The translations under genes and the position numbers were made by a program. The notes beneath the pieces were generated by a model. The model was not told where the DNA came from. It was given only the letters and a program-made list of their open reading frames with translations, and did no database searches. DNA of 64,000 nucleotides from the NCBI GenBank assembly GCA_965218435.1, contig CBDCKW010000009.1:1376001-1440000 (forward strand). The letters run 5' to 3'. Numbering within the stretch: the stretch's first letter is position 1; each line of letters begins with the position of its first letter. The DNA is from Truepera sp. Its GTDB lineage: Bacteria > Deinococcota > Deinococci > Deinococcales > Trueperaceae. This document shows, piece after piece, positions 1 to 9,805 of the stretch.

Positions 1-642
1 CTGTTTGACTTCACTCTGATAGTACACCGGAAACGTTTCGTGACCGGGCCGGAAGTAAAACACTTTGCCCTGCCCCCGGTTGTAGCACGCGCCGCTGCGA
101 AAGACCTCGCCGCCTTCAAACCAGCTCACAAAAACAAGTTCGTCGGGTGCCGGGATATCAAAGGGTTCGCCGTACATCTCGGCTTGCGGGACGACGAAGC
201 TGTTTTCTAATCCTTCAGCAATCGGGTGCTGCGGCGCGACGACCCATAACCGTTCGCGCTCCCCTTCGTCGCGCCACGAAAGGTTACAGGTCGTTCCTAA
301 AAGCCGCTTGAAAATCTTGGCAAAGTGCCCGGAATGGAGCACCACGAGTCCCATACCCTCCAAGACTCGCTCGTGAACCCGCTCGACAACTTCGTCGGAG
401 ACCTCGCCGTGGGCGCGGTGGCCCCACCAGAACAGCACATCAGTCGTGTCGAGCACGTCGGCACTTAGCCCGTGTTCGGGCTCGTCTAGCGTGGCGGTAT
501 GGACCTCAAAACCGCCGTCTCGTAATCCTTCGGCAATCGCGGTGTGAATGCCGTCCGGATAGATGGCCTTAACGACGGGATTTTCCTTCTCGTGGTGAAA
601 CTCGTTCCAAACGGTAATGCGGGGCAAATTTATGCGTGTCAT
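1..642 (-). CDS. thuA: ThuA-domain (trehalose utilisation) protein, runs off the window edge
   Basis: Manual translation [19 protein letters not shown]...IYPDGIH...[10 protein letters not shown]...LVVLHSGH...[10 protein letters not shown]...[19 protein letters not shown] before ATG at 642. Confidence 0.9.
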   Translation of the reverse strand, partial: MTRINLPRITVWNEFHHEKENPVVKAIYPDGIHTAIAEGLRDGGFEVHTATLDEPEHGLSADVLDTTDVLFWWGHRAHGEVSDEVVERVHERVLEGMGLVVLHSGHFAKIFKRLLGTTCNLSWRDEGERERLWVVAPQHPIAEGLENSFVVPQAEMYGEPFDIPAPDELVFVSWFEGGEVFRSGACYNRGQGKVFYFRPGHETFPVYYQSEVKQ

Positions 643-663
643 CTAAGCCTCCTTGACCTAACG

Positions 664-675
664 GAAAACGTTACC
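664..675. promoter_or_regulatory. Possible LacI-family operator upstream of thuA
   Basis: GAAAACGTTACC is one mismatch from the GnAAnCGnTTnC LacI-type consensus and lies next to sugar genes. Confidence 0.3.
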
Positions 676-1033
676 GCACCACGTAGGAAAGGCTCAAGGC
701 CATTTGAACACCTTCCGTAAAAGTCCCAAACAAGGTGTTGGCCTAACACAGTAGATTAAGGAACAATGAACGAAATTTAGCTTTCAAACCTCCCTCAAGT
801 CAGTACGATGTGTATCAGGAGTGCATCACACGACTCCGCAGCAATACGGCGCAGCACGCTCTTTTGGGGAGGCCACCACAATACCGACGCGTGCTGCGCC
901 CCTTTTTGTTGTGTTTTATCTTTTCGCGTAACTATGCTACACCAAGCCAACGAGGGGCGTCCATGAGAGGTGTTCTAGCGTCTCTCACCGCACTTACGCC
1001 TAAACCAAGTAAGGTACGCCTGGGAGGAAATCT

Positions 1034-1555
1034 GTGGGATCAACCCTAAAAACCCTGAAAATACTTTTTTGCCTGGTTGTGCTCGCCCTACCGGTGAGTT
1101 TTGCGCAACACGTTTATCTAGGCGGTACGGTCGGCACACCGCTCTCGTCAACCTTTAACAGCCCACTCGACTACGCTGAACTCGGCGCACAGCTGGGGTT
1201 TGACCCTTTGCCCGGTTTCGGGGTACGCGTTTCTGCTGAGGGAAACCCTGTGAACGGCGGCCTCAAACTAGCGAGCGGCGACGCGGTGTTCCGCTTTTTT
1301 TTACCGCTTTCGTATCACTCGTTTTATACCGGCCTCGGCGCCGACGCCCTTTTTAACGCACCACCGACCTCGCTCAGTTCTCTGCAGGACGCTCAGTTGG
1401 TCGCGCACGCACTCGGCGGGTTCGAGCTGCGACTGATCGGTGGGTTCGGCGTTTTCGGCGAAATCGTCCCGAGTTACCTCATCGGCTCAGACTTTATCAG
1501 CCGTAGCGCCTATTTTGTACGGTTGCGGGGTGGTCTCAACTTTCACTTTTTTTAG
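1034..1555 (+). CDS. Secreted protein, probable small outer-membrane beta-barrel
   Basis: Signal peptide (..PVSFAQ), alternating aromatic/Gly strands, C-terminal GGLNFHFF; GGAGG RBS. Confidence 0.65.
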   Translation: MGSTLKTLKILFCLVVLALPVSFAQHVYLGGTVGTPLSSTFNSPLDYAELGAQLGFDPLPGFGVRVSAEGNPVNGGLKLASGDAVFRFFLPLSYHSFYTGLGADALFNAPPTSLSSLQDAQLVAHALGGFELRLIGGFGVFGEIVPSYLIGSDFISRSAYFVRLRGGLNFHFF

Positions 1556-1585
1556 TTCGCTCGAGCCAGTTTAGTCGGCCTTATT

Positions 1586-1612
1586 GGGGGGTGCTGCGGC
1601 ACCCTCTTTTTT
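1586..1612 (+). terminator. Intrinsic terminator
   Basis: GGGGGTGC-TGCG-GCACCCTC followed by T6. Confidence 0.7.
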
Positions 1613-1747
1613 GTCGGTCTGACGCTGCTAAGCCAAGCTGCAAGCAGACCTCGCCGAGGTCTGTGACCTGAGTGGGTAGCCTCGAGACGCTCCCACAGGG
1701 TAAAGTGCGGAGACGCTACTGAGCGACAGTTCTTTAAGGAGGCGAAG

Positions 1748-3001
1748 ATGAAATTTGTCAAGGCGCTGTGCCTTACCCTCGTGGGTACGCTGGCAGGACT
1801 TAGTTTCGCGCAGGTACGGGTTTTTATCGGCTCGACGCTGCGCCCGGACGTGATCGGCCCGATTTTAGAGCAGTTCACTGCCAAAACCGGCATCAAGACC
1901 GAACTCGAGGAGGGCGGCGCCACGTCGGAGGTGCGCGACCAATACCTCAGCACGATTTTGACCAGCCGTAGCGGAGATATTGACCTGTACCTGATGGACG
2001 TGGTGAACCCGCCGCAATACGCCGCGGCAGGCTGGGCCGAACCGTTAGACGGCTATTTCAAGTCACCGGAAGCTGAGCAAGGGTTTCTCGAGCCCTTTTT
2101 AGACAGCGTGGTTACGGCCAATACGGTAGACGGCAAACTTTACGGCATCCCCGGTTGGACGGACGCCCAATTTCTCTACTACCGTAAAGACTTGCTCGAT
2201 AAATACGGCTTCAAGCCGCCGAAAACCTGGGAAGAACTTAAAACACAGGCACTGGCCATTACTAAGGGTGAAGGCAACCCCAACTTGCAAGGCTTTAACT
2301 ATCAGGGCGCAGCGATTGAGGGCACCAACTGCACCTTTTTAGAGGCGCTTTGGACAGCGGGTGGCAACTGGCAAGCCGACGACGGCACCGTTACCGTAGA
2401 TTCAGACCCCGGTCATACTGCGCTTTCCTGGTACGACGAAACCCTTTCGTCCGGCATCACCAAACCCGGTATCGCCGAAGAGACGACCGACCTGAGCCGT
2501 CAGGCGTTTCAGGCGGGCGACGTGGTGTTTATGCTCAACTGGGGCTACGCCTGGGCGCACTTTCAAGAAGACGACGACAGCGAGGTCAAAAGTGCGGTCG
2601 GCGTTGCGCCCTTGCCTGCGTTTGCCGACAACAGCTCAGCGACGTGTGTGGGCGGCTTCCAGTGGGCGATGAACCCGTTTAGCGGCAACAAAGACGAGGC
2701 GTTTCAGGTGATGCAGTATATGGCTTCTTACGACTCGCAAAAGCAGTTGGCGATTGCCGCCAGTCATATCCCGGCCCGCGACGCTCTCTATCAAGACAAA
2801 GAGGTGTTAGCCGCCGCGCCGCAGTTCGGTCAGTTTTTCGACGTGATTAAAAACGCGCGTCCGCGCCCCCTGACGCCTTTTTACAGCGAGGTCTCGGAGC
2901 TCATCCGCACCAACATGAACGCCTTTTTCGCCCGCGCTCAAGACGCCGATACGACGCTTTCAGAGATGCAGTCGGGACTGACAGACATCCTCGAGCAGTA
3001 G
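1748..3001 (+). CDS. Sugar ABC transporter substrate-binding protein (trehalose/maltose-like)
   Basis: Signal peptide, GKLYGIP..TDAQFLYYRKDLL, PKTWEEL, MLNWGYAW, ARPRP motifs; AAGGAGG RBS. Confidence 0.9.
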   Translation: MKFVKALCLTLVGTLAGLSFAQVRVFIGSTLRPDVIGPILEQFTAKTGIKTELEEGGATSEVRDQYLSTILTSRSGDIDLYLMDVVNPPQYAAAGWAEPLDGYFKSPEAEQGFLEPFLDSVVTANTVDGKLYGIPGWTDAQFLYYRKDLLDKYGFKPPKTWEELKTQALAITKGEGNPNLQGFNYQGAAIEGTNCTFLEALWTAGGNWQADDGTVTVDSDPGHTALSWYDETLSSGITKPGIAEETTDLSRQAFQAGDVVFMLNWGYAWAHFQEDDDSEVKSAVGVAPLPAFADNSSATCVGGFQWAMNPFSGNKDEAFQVMQYMASYDSQKQLAIAASHIPARDALYQDKEVLAAAPQFGQFFDVIKNARPRPLTPFYSEVSELIRTNMNAFFARAQDADTTLSEMQSGLTDILEQ

Positions 3002-4114
3002 ATGGCGACAGCGTCACCTAAAAAACCCTATCAGCGCCCAGGTTTCTGGGCGCGTTTAACATCCGGGAACCCGACTGAAGCGCAACTCGGGTATCTTTTG
3101 CTGGTTCCTACCTTTTTGGTCCTGGCACTCGTGATGTTCTACCCGATTGTGAACGTCGTGTGGAAATCGCTGCACTACGAAAAGCTCAACCTGCCTGCGC
3201 GGGGGACGCCGTTCGTGGGCCTAGACAATTTCCGCGAGATGGCGTGGGGTGAAGGGCTCAGCTGGAGTGTGACGCACTTGCTAGTGTGGCGTTCACTTCT
3301 GTTAGCCGCGCTCGTGGCACTCTGGGCGCTGGTATGGCGGCGTTTCTCATGGACGGCGCTCGTCTGGACTGCCCTGCTTGTCGCGGTGTGGGCGCTGCTC
3401 GGCGTCTACCCAGGCCCGGAAGGGTCGTGGAACGACCCCCGCTTTTACAACGCGTTCGGCGTCTCGCTCCTGATCATCTTCGTGACCGTGATCGGGTCGT
3501 TTTTAGTCGGGTTGCCGCTCGCGCTCATCGCCGACCTCAAAACGCGTTGGCGCTGGCTGGTGCGCGTTGCGCTGCTGTTACCGTGGGCGATGCCGCCGGT
3601 TCTGACCGGTCTGATGTTCGCGTGGCTGTTTCAAGACCGTTACGGCGTCGTAAACGACCTCTTAGCCCGCGTCGGCATTGACGGCCCCATCTGGCTGGCT
3701 CGTGTGACGCCTGCGATTGTCGCGGTGAACTATACGCTGATTTGGAAAACCTCGTCGTTCGTCGGGCTCGTTCTGCTTGCCGGATTGCAGTCTATTGACC
3801 GTGGCCTCTATGAAGCCGCTGAAGTGGACGGCGCGAGTGTGTGGCAACGGTTCTGGCGGATTACCCTGCCGCTGTTGCGTCCAGCGATTGCGGTGGCGCT
3901 CATCTTCCGTACCCTGACCGCGATTCAAGCGTTTGACGTACCGTTTGCCATGACCCGGGGGGGGCCGGGCCGGGCTTTAGAAACGCTCGGCATCTACGTC
4001 TATAACACGACGCTGACGCTCGACATCGGTTACGCGGCAGCCCTTTCGGTCGCACTCTTTTTGCTGAGTTTGGGCATCACCCTCTTTTATCTGCGCTGGA
4101 TTTATACCGAATGA
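3002..4114 (+). CDS. Carbohydrate ABC transporter permease (MalF-like)
   Basis: FVGLDNF, LLPWAMP, EAA loop LYEAAEVDGA, TRGGP. Confidence 0.9.
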   Translation: MATASPKKPYQRPGFWARLTSGNPTEAQLGYLLLVPTFLVLALVMFYPIVNVVWKSLHYEKLNLPARGTPFVGLDNFREMAWGEGLSWSVTHLLVWRSLLLAALVALWALVWRRFSWTALVWTALLVAVWALLGVYPGPEGSWNDPRFYNAFGVSLLIIFVTVIGSFLVGLPLALIADLKTRWRWLVRVALLLPWAMPPVLTGLMFAWLFQDRYGVVNDLLARVGIDGPIWLARVTPAIVAVNYTLIWKTSSFVGLVLLAGLQSIDRGLYEAAEVDGASVWQRFWRITLPLLRPAIAVALIFRTLTAIQAFDVPFAMTRGGPGRALETLGIYVYNTTLTLDIGYAAALSVALFLLSLGITLFYLRWIYTE

Positions 4115-4974
4115 ACCGGGTGTTCAAATACGTGGCTGTTCTGCTCGTCATTGTCAACGGGCTGTTTCCGGCAATTTGGTTGCTCCTCACCTCATTTAAG
4201 ACCGACGGCGAATTGCGGCAACTCCCGATTACCTACTGGCCGGAAAAGTTTACGCTGCAAAATTACGTCTCGGTCTTTACCGAAAATCCGTTCGGGCGCT
4301 TTTTGCTCAACTCGGCGGTCGTGTCCGTCATAGCGACGCTTCTCTGTGTTTTGTTCGCCGGACTCGCCGGGTACGCGCTCGGGCGGCTCAAGATGCCGGG
4401 ACGCCGCGTGCTGCTCACGCTTATCGTCATGACGAGTATGTTTCCGGCGCTCGTGCTGCTCGTCCCGCTCTACCGGCTGTTTGTCGGCGTTGAGATTCCT
4501 TTTTTAAGCGACTTGTTCGGCTCGCCGATTTTCACGCCTAATTTGCTCAACACCTATTGGGCGCTGATTATCCCGTATGTGGCCCTCAGTTTGCCGATTG
4601 CCACTCTTATCTTAACGAGCTTTTTTCAGCTGATTCCGGCCGATTTAGAAAGTGCCGCTTTAGTGGACGGCTGTACCCGTATTTCGGCCCTGTTTCGTAT
4701 CGTCGCCCCGGTGAGTGCGCCGGGTATCGTTACGGCGGCAATTATCGTCTTCGTCAACTCGTGGAACGAATTTTTGCTGGCGCTGACTTTTAATACCAGT
4801 TTGCAGATGCGCACCGTACCGGTCGGGATTACGCTCTACCAGGGTGAATATGCGTTTCCGTGGGCGATTATCAGCGCGGCGATTATGCTGGGAGTTTTGC
4901 CCCTGGTACTGCTCATTATCTTTTTTCAGCGGCGGATTATCAGCGGGTTGACGGCGGGGGGCGTCAAAGGTTAG
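4111..4974 (+). CDS. Carbohydrate ABC transporter permease (MalG-like)
   Basis: LESAALVDG, WNEFL, C-terminal GLTAGGVKG; ATGA overlap. Confidence 0.9.
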   Translation: MNRVFKYVAVLLVIVNGLFPAIWLLLTSFKTDGELRQLPITYWPEKFTLQNYVSVFTENPFGRFLLNSAVVSVIATLLCVLFAGLAGYALGRLKMPGRRVLLTLIVMTSMFPALVLLVPLYRLFVGVEIPFLSDLFGSPIFTPNLLNTYWALIIPYVALSLPIATLILTSFFQLIPADLESAALVDGCTRISALFRIVAPVSAPGIVTAAIIVFVNSWNEFLLALTFNTSLQMRTVPVGITLYQGEYAFPWAIISAAIMLGVLPLVLLIIFFQRRIISGLTAGGVKG

Positions 4975-5687
4975 CAGCTACCTAAACCATTGTGAGCGTA
5001 AAAAACTGTGCGCTGAGCCAGCACGTCGGTCGAGTTGACCAGCGGGCAGGGAAGCGCGTCCGCTGTTAAGACCAGCGGCACTTCGGTACACCCGGCGACG
5101 ATAACTTGAGCGCCCCGAGCAACCAGTGAATCCGTAAGGGCGCGCATCACCCTGCAGACCTCGCTGCTTTTGTCCCCCGCTTTGATGCGGTAAAGGAGCG
5201 TCATAAAGATGTCTCGTTCGCCGCCCTCGAGAACCAAGGGGGTGACGCCGCGTTCTGCAAAGGCCGTCTGATAGAGACCCGCGTCGAGGCAGCCGCTCGA
5301 GCCCAACACACCGACCGTTGTAAGCCCTGGTACCGCCTGCAGCGTCGCCGCGCACGTCTCCTCGATAAGGCTGATAAAAGGTACCGACACTGCCGCTTTA
5401 ATCTCGGCTTGAAAGGCGTGGGCGGCGTTACAGACCATCACCAAAAAGTCGGCCCCGGCGTGCTCGAGCCGCGCGGCCATCGCTGCTAGGGCCGGTCCCG
5501 GCGACGGCCCTGTCCCAGCAACCGCATCGTTACGGTTCGGCACCCCCGGATTGCTGTCGATAAGAAGGTGCAGATGCTCCTGATCACGCTGCGCGGGCGT
5601 CAGCTCGAGCACCTTCGCGTAAAAGTCGAGCGTCGCCTCCGGGCCGAGCCCCCCCAAGACGCCAACGACCAGCGGCTCGTCAGTCAC
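4971..5687 (-). CDS. Asp/Glu racemase family protein (cysteate racemase CuyB-like)
   Basis: GVLGGLGPEATLDF, MVCNAAH and AGCTE two-Cys catalytic motifs; GTG start at 5687 overlapping the upstream stop. Confidence 0.85.
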   Translation of the reverse strand: MTDEPLVVGVLGGLGPEATLDFYAKVLELTPAQRDQEHLHLLIDSNPGVPNRNDAVAGTGPSPGPALAAMAARLEHAGADFLVMVCNAAHAFQAEIKAAVSVPFISLIEETCAATLQAVPGLTTVGVLGSSGCLDAGLYQTAFAERGVTPLVLEGGERDIFMTLLYRIKAGDKSSEVCRVMRALTDSLVARGAQVIVAGCTEVPLVLTADALPCPLVNSTDVLAQRTVFYAHNGLGSC

Positions 5688-6678
5688 GCAACACGTCCTG
5701 ATAAGCGTAGAGTGCCGGAGCGCCACCGGTATGTAAAAACAGCACCCGCTCGCCCTGCTTGAAATGCCCTTGACGCACCAGATCGATAAGCCCGGCGGCT
5801 GCTTTGCCGGTGTATACGGGGTCTAAAAGAATCCCTTCCAATCTGGCAAAAAGCTTGACCGCCTCGACCATCTCTTCGGTCGGTCGTGAATAACCCGGTC
5901 CCACGTAGTTGTCAAAGACGGCGAACGCCTCGCGTGGTACACCGCCCCGAACAGCTAAGTTCGCAGCGACTTCAGAGGCTAGAGCGTGCAGCTTCGCTTC
6001 TTGCGGTTCCTTTTTCGCCCTGACACTAATTCCGATAACCGGAACGCCCGCGTTAATGCCGACCATGCCGGTAACCAGCCCCGCGTGGGTACCCCCGGAG
6101 CCGCTCGCGCAGACCACTTGATCGAAAGCTACGCCCAGCTCGAAACTCTGCTGCATCAGCTCTTCGGCGCACGCCACGTAGCCGAGTGCGCCCAGCGCGT
6201 TCGAACCACCGCCGGGGATAAGGTAGCCTCGCCGCCCCGCTGCGTTCAGCTCGTCGGCTTCGGCCTGTAGCGCCGCGCTCAAGTCGCTACCCCCCTGAAC
6301 GACCGTAAGTTTTTCAGCCCCCAAAAGGTTAAAGAGGAAGTTGTTACCGCTCGCCTCCGGGTTGTATGAGTGGGGTACGCGCTCTTCTAGAACAAGACGG
6401 CATTTGAGGCCCTCTTTAACGGCGGCCGCGAGCGTCAGGCGGCAGTGATTGCTCTGCACTGCGCCCACCGTGACGAGGGTGTCGGCCCCTTGCGCCAAGG
6501 CGTCGGCGACCAAGAACTCGAGCTTACGCGTTTTGTTCCCGCCCCCGCTGAGCCCGAGCAGGTCGTCGCGTTTAATAAAAAGCTGCGGCCCACCCAAGTG
6601 CTTGCTCAGGCGCTCGAGCGGTTCAATAGGTGTTGGGGCCGGGGTGTAGCGGCGGCGGGGAAAGCGGGCGAGGTTCAT
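5680..6678 (-). CDS. D-cysteine desulfhydrase / cysteate sulfo-lyase family PLP enzyme
   Basis: KRDDL..GGNKTRKLEFL, QSNHCR, GSGGT, LDPVYTGK, FLHTGG (Thr/Thr rather than the ACC-deaminase Glu/Leu); ATG at 6678. Confidence 0.9.
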   Translation of the reverse strand: MNLARFPRRRYTPAPTPIEPLERLSKHLGGPQLFIKRDDLLGLSGGGNKTRKLEFLVADALAQGADTLVTVGAVQSNHCRLTLAAAVKEGLKCRLVLEERVPHSYNPEASGNNFLFNLLGAEKLTVVQGGSDLSAALQAEADELNAAGRRGYLIPGGGSNALGALGYVACAEELMQQSFELGVAFDQVVCASGSGGTHAGLVTGMVGINAGVPVIGISVRAKKEPQEAKLHALASEVAANLAVRGGVPREAFAVFDNYVGPGYSRPTEEMVEAVKLFARLEGILLDPVYTGKAAAGLIDLVRQGHFKQGERVLFLHTGGAPALYAYQDVLRD

Positions 6679-6932
6679 GCCGGCTCCTGCGGCATAAGCC
6701 ACCAGAGCAGTATATAGCCAATTGCCAAAATCCCCCCGGATAAAAAGGTCGCCACCGAAAAGATAAGCCGCACAGCCCTGGGGCTGGTCCCGACGAACTC
6801 GGCGATTCCGCCCAAAACGCCCACGAGCACCCGGTCGTCACGTGAGCGCGTTAGTTTAGCATTCGTTTGCGGCCGACGGGCGCGGCGTTGGTCGTGCAAA
6901 AGTGGGTCGTCGGAGGGGTGTTCTCGGTTCAT
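6675..6932 (-). CDS. PspC domain protein
   Basis: KLTRSRDDRVLVGVLGGIAEF..VRL..YILLWWLMP. Confidence 0.85.
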   Translation of the reverse strand: MNREHPSDDPLLHDQRRARRPQTNAKLTRSRDDRVLVGVLGGIAEFVGTSPRAVRLIFSVATFLSGGILAIGYILLWWLMPQEPA

Positions 6933-7282
6933 ACCGTCACCTTAGCAACTGGGAGTTGGGGAAACAGCGACGCGTCTTGCAGGGCAGCGTGAACCTCGGC
7001 CTCGAGCCGCCGCACTTTGATTCCCTCATAGTCGTCAGGCAAAAGAGCGAGGTGCGCCAAAGCTTTGGCGTAGTTGCGCCGTCCGCCGCGGGGGTTGTCC
7101 ATCTTGCGGGCTTTGTGCAGCGCCGCCGCGAGCAAAATCACACCTGCACAGAGGCGTTTCTCGAGTCCCTCAGAAATCATCCACAAAGGCTCTAACGCCT
7201 CGTGCGCTTCCCAATACTCACCTGCGTTAAAAAGTTGCACGCCCTCTACCCATGCTGGACTCGTCGTGGTAGCTCCGGTCAT
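6929..7282 (-). CDS. DUF309 domain protein
   Basis: GVQLFNAGEYWEAHEALEPLW signature. Confidence 0.85.
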   Translation of the reverse strand: MTGATTTSPAWVEGVQLFNAGEYWEAHEALEPLWMISEGLEKRLCAGVILLAAALHKARKMDNPRGGRRNYAKALAHLALLPDDYEGIKVRRLEAEVHAALQDASLFPQLPVAKVTV

Positions 7283-7665
7283 CTGCCTGCCTGCCGAAAG
7301 GCTCGGTTACGCCTTAAATCGTCTTCAATCAAAGACACGTCGCCTGCTTGCGACTCGACGTGGTGACGCAGCTCGTGTGTAAGCGTCTCCCAGAGCTGCG
7401 CGTCCCAATCAAACGTCGGGTCGTTTTGGGCGATGGCGGCAAACGAGCCGTAATAGAGCGCGATATGCCGTCCCAGCCCTTCACCTGCGCCGAGAAAGTT
7501 ACTGGGGCCGGGGTCTAAGTACTCGCCCAACCGGTAGACCTCGTGAAAGTGAGGCTCGAGCCTCACCTCAGGCAGTGCGTGAACGCCCTGCAGCTGGGTT
7601 AAAAACTCGTCCGGGATGTCTGCGACCATCTCGGCTAGGGTGTTTCCAAATTCGTCAAACGTCAT
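7279..7665 (-). CDS. Zincin-like metallopeptidase family protein
   Basis: IALYYGSF...WETLTHELRHH (HExxH); leaderless TAAGCT-N6-ATG. Confidence 0.8.
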   Translation of the reverse strand: MTFDEFGNTLAEMVADIPDEFLTQLQGVHALPEVRLEPHFHEVYRLGEYLDPGPSNFLGAGEGLGRHIALYYGSFAAIAQNDPTFDWDAQLWETLTHELRHHVESQAGDVSLIEDDLRRNRAFRQAGR

Positions 7666-7720
7666 GGGTTAAGCTTACGCGCCGGACGCGCAAGAAAGCG
7701 TAGTAGGGTATCTTAGAGAC

Positions 7721-8302
7721 GTGCCTGTTGCGAGGTCAGTTGCGCCCAAACGTGTCGTCGTGGGAGTTTCCGGTGGCAGCGGGCTGCGTTACGCGCTCGA
7801 TTTGCTGAGGGCGCTTCAAACCCTGCCGGTTGAAACACATCTGGTCATTACCAACGGGGCCAAACAGGTGATTCCTACGGAGCTTGATGAGACTTTACAA
7901 GCGTTTGAGGCTCTAGCTGAGGTGGTCTACAAAGATGCTGACCTCGGCGCGGCCGTCTCGTCGGGGTCGTTTCGGGCCTACGGGATGGTCGTCGTGCCGT
8001 GCTCTGCCGGAACCCTGGCGAAAGTGGCGCACGGCTTCGCCGACAACCTGCTGTCGCGGGCGGCGCATGTAACGCTTAAAGAACGCCGTCCGCTGGTTTT
8101 GGTGGTGCGTGAAGCGCCGTTTTCGCGGCCCATGCTGCAAAATATGCTCGCCGCGCACGACGCCGGGGCCGCCATTATGCCCGCGTCGCCGGGGTTTTAT
8201 CACCGACCGGAGACGGTAGACGAACTCGTCGGGACGGTCACGGCCCGGACGCTCGATCTGTTGGGGCTCGAGAACACCCGCGCCCCCAGATGGAAAGATT
8301 AG
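7721..8302 (+). CDS. ubiX: Flavin prenyltransferase UbiX
   Basis: VVGVSGGSG, SSGSF, PCSAGTL, LKERRPLVLVVRE, PGFYHRP. Confidence 0.92.
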   Translation: MPVARSVAPKRVVVGVSGGSGLRYALDLLRALQTLPVETHLVITNGAKQVIPTELDETLQAFEALAEVVYKDADLGAAVSSGSFRAYGMVVVPCSAGTLAKVAHGFADNLLSRAAHVTLKERRPLVLVVREAPFSRPMLQNMLAAHDAGAAIMPASPGFYHRPETVDELVGTVTARTLDLLGLENTRAPRWKD

Positions 8303-8303
8303 G

Positions 8304-8987
8304 GTGGAAAGAGTAAGGGTGAAGGTTGCGGCGCTGATTCCGGCAGCCGGTGAGGGGCTGCGGCTCGGGCGCGGTCCGAAGGCGCTCGTCACGGTAGCAG
8401 GGGAGACGCTGCTGAGCCGTGCGGTTCGGGCATTTTTAGGCTTAACTGATGAGGTTGTCGTAGCAGTCTCACCGGCGATGCAACTAGCAATGCAACCGGT
8501 GGTGCAAGGTGGGCTCGAGCTTTCCGCTGTGCGTTTTGTTCCAGGCGGCCCTACCCGTCAGGAAAGCGTTTATAACCTCTTGCAGGCGACAACCGCCGAC
8601 ATCGTGCTGATTCACGACGCCGCACGACCTTTTTTAAGCCGCGAGGTTATCGGTGCCGTGATTGCGGCTGTAAAAGCGCATGGCGCGGCTTCAACGGTTT
8701 CTGCCGTTGCCGATACGCTGATAGAAACCCAGACCGGGCGCGTGGTAGACCGGCAAACGCTCCGCGCGGTGCAGACGCCGCAGGGCTTTCGCCGAGAGCT
8801 GATTTTAGCAGCGCACGACTACGCGTTGCGCTCAGGTTACGCCGCCACCGATGACGCGGCGTTGGTGCGGGCGCTCGGGCACGACGTCGCGCTCGTCGAA
8901 GGGAGCAGCTGGCTGCTGAAAGTCACGACCCAAGCCGACCTCGAGCTGGCCGAAGCTCTAGCCACCGTTTGGGACGCAAGATGTTAA
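8304..8987 (+). CDS. ispD: 2-C-methyl-D-erythritol 4-phosphate cytidylyltransferase
   Basis: IPAAGEGLRLG..PKA, GGPTRQESV, IHDAARPF, QTPQGF, TDDA. Confidence 0.93.
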   Translation: MERVRVKVAALIPAAGEGLRLGRGPKALVTVAGETLLSRAVRAFLGLTDEVVVAVSPAMQLAMQPVVQGGLELSAVRFVPGGPTRQESVYNLLQATTADIVLIHDAARPFLSREVIGAVIAAVKAHGAASTVSAVADTLIETQTGRVVDRQTLRAVQTPQGFRRELILAAHDYALRSGYAATDDAALVRALGHDVALVEGSSWLLKVTTQADLELAEALATVWDARC

Positions 8988-9805
8988 TCAACGCCTACGC
9001 CAAAGTCAACTTAGGGTTGAGCGTGCTGGGTCACCGCGCCGACGGGTTTCACGACGTTGACACGTTGCTGGTAAGGCTCGAGCTGCACGACGTTTTGACC
9101 TTAGACCCGACTGAAAAAGGGCTAACGCTCGAGCTGACCGGCGCAGACCTCGAGCTTCCGCCCGAACAAAACCTCGCCTACCGCGCTGCTGAGCTATATC
9201 TGCGTAAAGCCGGAGTCACGAGCGGCGTAGAGATTGGACTCGAGAAACGCATTCCCATTGCCGCTGGTCTAGGCGGCGGTTCAGCCGATGCCGGGGCCGT
9301 CTTACGAGGCTTGAAACAGCTCTACCCGGCAGACCTAGACATTTTGACACTGGCGGCACAACTCGGCTCAGACGTGCCGTTTTTTGCCGCTGACTTGGGC
9401 GCGGCCCGAGCTACCGGACGTGGGGAACGGCTCGAGCCCGTTGTTATTCCCGAACTCCATTTAGTCTTGGTCAATCCAGGTGTGGGGGTAAGTGCGGGGG
9501 ACGCTTATGGGCGTTTGGAGAAGATAACGGAGCCGCTCGAGCTGGAGACTATTTTGCGGCAACTCGCGCGGAACGAAGAACCGGGTTATTTCAATACACT
9601 GACGGACGGGGTGGTGGGACTCGAGCCGGTCATCGGTGAAGTTCTGGCGGTGCTGCGTCAAACCGGTCTCAGAGGCGTCTTGATGTCGGGGTCGGGTTCG
9701 ACGTGTTTTGGTCTGGCCGAGAGTCAGCACGAGGCTCAGCTGCTGGCAGCGACGTTACAAGAGGCGTATCCGGAATGGTGGGTATTGGCGACGCAGACGC
9801 CTTAA
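8981..9805 (+). CDS. ispE: 4-diphosphocytidyl-2-C-methyl-D-erythritol kinase
   Basis: AKVNLGL, KRIPIAAGLGGGSADA, LGSDVPFF, MSGSGST. Confidence 0.93.
   Translation: MLINAYAKVNLGLSVLGHRADGFHDVDTLLVRLELHDVLTLDPTEKGLTLELTGADLELPPEQNLAYRAAELYLRKAGVTSGVEIGLEKRIPIAAGLGGGSADAGAVLRGLKQLYPADLDILTLAAQLGSDVPFFAADLGAARATGRGERLEPVVIPELHLVLVNPGVGVSAGDAYGRLEKITEPLELETILRQLARNEEPGYFNTLTDGVVGLEPVIGEVLAVLRQTGLRGVLMSGSGSTCFGLAESQHEAQLLAATLQEAYPEWWVLATQTP

Noticed and set aside
810..1049. 79-aa ORF
   Set aside because: No RBS or recognisable motif; overlaps the promoter and start of the 1034 gene
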